In this document: piece by piece, positions 30,218 to 32,000 of the stretch
Numbering within the stretch: position 1 is the first letter of the stretch
Layout of the letters: each line of letters begins with the position of its first letter
Assembly (NCBI GenBank): GCA_963718915.1
Contig: CAVRAI010000003.1
Span: 180,001-212,000 of the forward strand
From: an uncultured Chloroflexia bacterium
GTDB lineage: Bacteria; Chloroflexota; Ktedonobacteria; Ktedonobacterales; JADMIN01
DNA length: 32,000 bases
Direction: 5' to 3'
The notes under the pieces: generated by a model
What the model was told of the DNA's origin: nothing
Seen by the model: the letters and a program-made list of their open reading frames with translations, nothing else
Database searches by the model: none
Translations under genes and position numbers: made by a program

Positions 30218-30979
30218 TCAGATCGGCTGCCACCATTTCTTTGGCCAGCGGTCGTGGCGCTCGGCGTCGAAGCGGAAGTAGACACCGGGCACGAGGAACG
30301 AGAATGGCTCGGCATCGCCGACCAGCACGCGAGCCGCCCGCGACGAGACATCGCCCGCCAGTGGCTGGCAGGCGCCCAGCGGGATATCTAGTCGAATCTC
30401 CTGGCGCGTCACCCAGGCATGCCATGGTTGCGCCGTCAGCGCGCGATCCTGCGGCACGGCGTACGCCAGCATCTCTTCGTAGCTGGCAAAACACTCCGCC
30501 CACGGCCCCGTCGCCGGTCGGCCCTCACAAGCACGCAGCAGCGCGGCGAGGTCGGGCGCGGAGCCAGCGCCGGGATCAAGCGTCGCCAGCCATGCGCCAT
30601 CGGGCCTCTGGCGGAGGTCAGCGGCGCGGGGCACGTGCATCGGCATCCCCTCGGAGAGGAAGCGCGCGCCCAGCGCCTGCGGCAGCCCGCTGACCGCGTT
30701 GGTGAGAAAATAGATGCCGCGCTGGCCCGTCCGCGGATCGGAGACATAGAGCCGCCAGTTCGACTGAATCGGCGAGGGGAAGAGCCGCCGCAAGGGTCCG
30801 GCGAGACGCGGGCCAAAGTGGCCGTGGCGATAGGTGAGGATCGAGACGAGCGCGTAACGCCCATCCGGCCCAATCCGTTGCAGGTCCAATCCCGGCGGCA
30901 CAAGCGCCTCTATCTGTTCAGCGGGCACGAGATAGTTGGTGTAGATCACGTGCTGGATGTCACTGCGGAACGCCAGCAC
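30218..30979 (-). CDS. DUF2071-family protein (function unknown); start uncertain
   Basis: FRSDIQHVIYTNYLVPAEQIEALVPPGLDLQRIGPDGRYALVSILTY...SNWRLYV fits the DUF2071 N-terminal pattern (lf.hW.V....l..l.P.gL.ld). The only upstream ATG (31207) would overlap the preceding gene by about 190 nt. GTG 30979 is a guess, and a frameshifted fusion is also possible. Confidence 0.55.
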   Translation of the reverse strand: MLAFRSDIQHVIYTNYLVPAEQIEALVPPGLDLQRIGPDGRYALVSILTYRHGHFGPRLAGPLRRLFPSPIQSNWRLYVSDPRTGQRGIYFLTNAVSGLPQALGARFLSEGMPMHVPRAADLRQRPDGAWLATLDPGAGSAPDLAALLRACEGRPATGPWAECFASYEEMLAYAVPQDRALTAQPWHAWVTRQEIRLDIPLGACQPLAGDVSSRAARVLVGDAEPFSFLVPGVYFRFDAERHDRWPKKWWQPI

Positions 30980-31013
30980 CGGCAGGAGTTCCGTCAGCGC
31001 GCGCAGAAAGCGG

Positions 31014-31796
31014 CTATTTGCCAGCGGATCGAGCAGCCAGGCGACGGCGCGGCGAGGGATAGCGCCACGGCATGTAGCGTCCCCATGCCGTCGTGGGCCG
31101 CGCCCGCCGCAAAACCAGCTCCGCCGCCAGCGCCAGCCAGAGCAGCAGCAGCACAAAGCTAACCGCGTTGCCCGCGCCGACGATCCACGCTGGAATGCCC
31201 GCGCCATCCGGGAGAGCGGCGAGCAGCGCCAGCGTTCCGAAGAGCGCCCAGAGCAGGCAGGAGAAGACCGTCATGCCGCGCGACCAGACACCTGCCTGCG
31301 CGAGACAGAGGCTCCAGAGATAAGCTGCCAGCGTGTAGCCAGCGCCACCGCCCGCCGCGATGATCGGGAAGATGGTCCGCTCGAAGCTGGCGTATGCCGC
31401 GAGGTTGCCGTGAGTCGCCAGCGCGATGCCAGCCGTGTCCCAGAGCGCCTGCCCAGTCTGGTCGGGGATGATGGCGCAGATCGTCACGAGCAGCGTCAGC
31501 CATGCCAGCGGGCGCGAAATCCACGGCGTCCGCAGCAGCGCCAGCGCCAGCAGCAGATTGCCCAGCGCGGTCAGTTGCCAGGGCAGCCAGCCGAGCCGCC
31601 AGAGCCACGGATGCGCCGCGACATACGCCATCCGCGCCGCAACGTCGCTCTCCAACCCGCCGGGTGTCCCTGGCAGCAGCAATGCCGCCATACTGAGCAT
31701 CGCCAGCCCGTGCAGGATGAAGGCGACGATCAGCGCGCGTTCCAGCCAGCGCCCGGAACGCGCCTGGACGACGCTGGCGGCGAGTGGTGGTGTCAC
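31014..31796 (-). CDS. Polytopic membrane protein, unknown function
   Basis: GTG 31796 lies just after the stop of the upstream aminotransferase gene. The protein has about 7 hydrophobic helices (ALIVAFILHGLAMLSMAALLL, LGWLPWQLTALGNLLLALALL and others). The part of ORF 31014..31970 upstream of 31796 overlaps the aminotransferase coding frame. Confidence 0.55.
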   Translation of the reverse strand: MTPPLAASVVQARSGRWLERALIVAFILHGLAMLSMAALLLPGTPGGLESDVAARMAYVAAHPWLWRLGWLPWQLTALGNLLLALALLRTPWISRPLAWLTLLVTICAIIPDQTGQALWDTAGIALATHGNLAAYASFERTIFPIIAAGGGAGYTLAAYLWSLCLAQAGVWSRGMTVFSCLLWALFGTLALLAALPDGAGIPAWIVGAGNAVSFVLLLLWLALAAELVLRRARPTTAWGRYMPWRYPSPRRRLAARSAGK

Positions 31797-31803
31797 AATG
31801 CGA

Positions 31804-32000
31804 TTACTCGACCGTGGGCACGGGAATACAGCCGACGGAGAGGCGCACGAAGTCGTCGCTATAGCCGAAGGCGCTCCCCGGCACGCCCGCGATGCCCGTC
31901 TTGCTGAAGAGCGAGAAGACATCTTCGCCCGGCCTGAGCTGGCTCCAGTTGTAGACGGTGCCGCCGTCATCGAGATTGATTTGCGCGAAGAGTTTGTGCC
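31804..32000 (-). CDS. Class I/II PLP-dependent aminotransferase, C-terminal 64 aa (gene runs off the right edge)
   Basis: The minus-strand frame starting at 31998 gives HKLFAQINLDDGGTVYNWSQLRPGEDVFSLFSKTGIAGVPGSAFGYSDDFVRLSVGCIPVPTVE* with the stop at 31806-31804. GV.GVPGSAFG.....VRLS is the characteristic aminotransferase C-terminal motif. It is not in the ORF track because it has no start codon. Confidence 0.5.
   Translation of the reverse strand, partial: HKLFAQINLDDGGTVYNWSQLRPGEDVFSLFSKTGIAGVPGSAFGYSDDFVRLSVGCIPVPTVE

Noticed and set aside
30419-31907. Plus-strand ORFs 30419..31162 (247 aa) and 30957..31907 (316 aa)
   Set aside because: They are antisense to the DUF2071 and membrane-protein genes. 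The extreme Arg/Pro/Ala/Gln content is typical of non-coding frames in GC-rich DNA.
1-32000. Search for tRNA, rRNA and other structured RNA genes
   Set aside because: No stretch free of protein-coding signal was long or structured enough to suggest rRNA. I saw no cloverleaf-compatible segment of 70-90 nt in the intergenic regions. This was a by-eye inspection only; tRNAscan-SE/Infernal would be decisive.

Overview
GC-rich bacterial chromosomal window (GC not computed). Gene content and the Gram-positive-type LexA boxes fit a Chloroflexi- or Actinobacteria-like organism, but I cannot place it from sequence alone. I support about 35 genes. Many long ORFs in the track are antisense or off-frame shadows typical of high-GC DNA, and I discarded them. 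Most of the window is ordinary metabolism and transport. This includes a PEPCK 3' end, amidohydrolase, two tandem HIT proteins, SDR, NatAB-like ABC exporter, C26 glutamine amidotransferase, MFS transporter, NDH-2, YHS protein, redoxin, PPOX-like protein and an aminotransferase 3' end. The items most worth follow-up are these. (1) A stand-alone TIR domain fused to a cysteine-less FGE-sulfatase domain (22798-24057, minus strand), a candidate single-gene sensor-effector conflict or immunity protein. (2) A single polypeptide fusing a Vsr-type mismatch endonuclease to a C5-cytosine DNA methyltransferase (3340-4983), with no adjacent restriction gene. (3) An AT-richer insert (about 27930-30216) carrying a NotI-family restriction endonuclease that keeps its Cys4 and catalytic motifs, next to a Dam-like methyltransferase broken by about eight frame switches. 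(4) Two perfectly phased GAAC-N4-GTTC LexA boxes (13428-13463) in front of an uncharacterised ribbon-helix-helix protein. (5) An array of six TGTGA pentamers between the NDH-2 and YHS genes. (6) An ECF sigma factor with a 230-aa Cys-rich C-terminal extension. (7) An alpha/beta-hydrolase-fold protein lacking both the Ser and His of the triad. (8) A TetR, MFS and glycosyltransferase module whose glycosyltransferase is cut by an in-frame TGA. I saw no rRNA, tRNA or CRISPR array. All homology statements come from motif recognition by eye; no searches were run.
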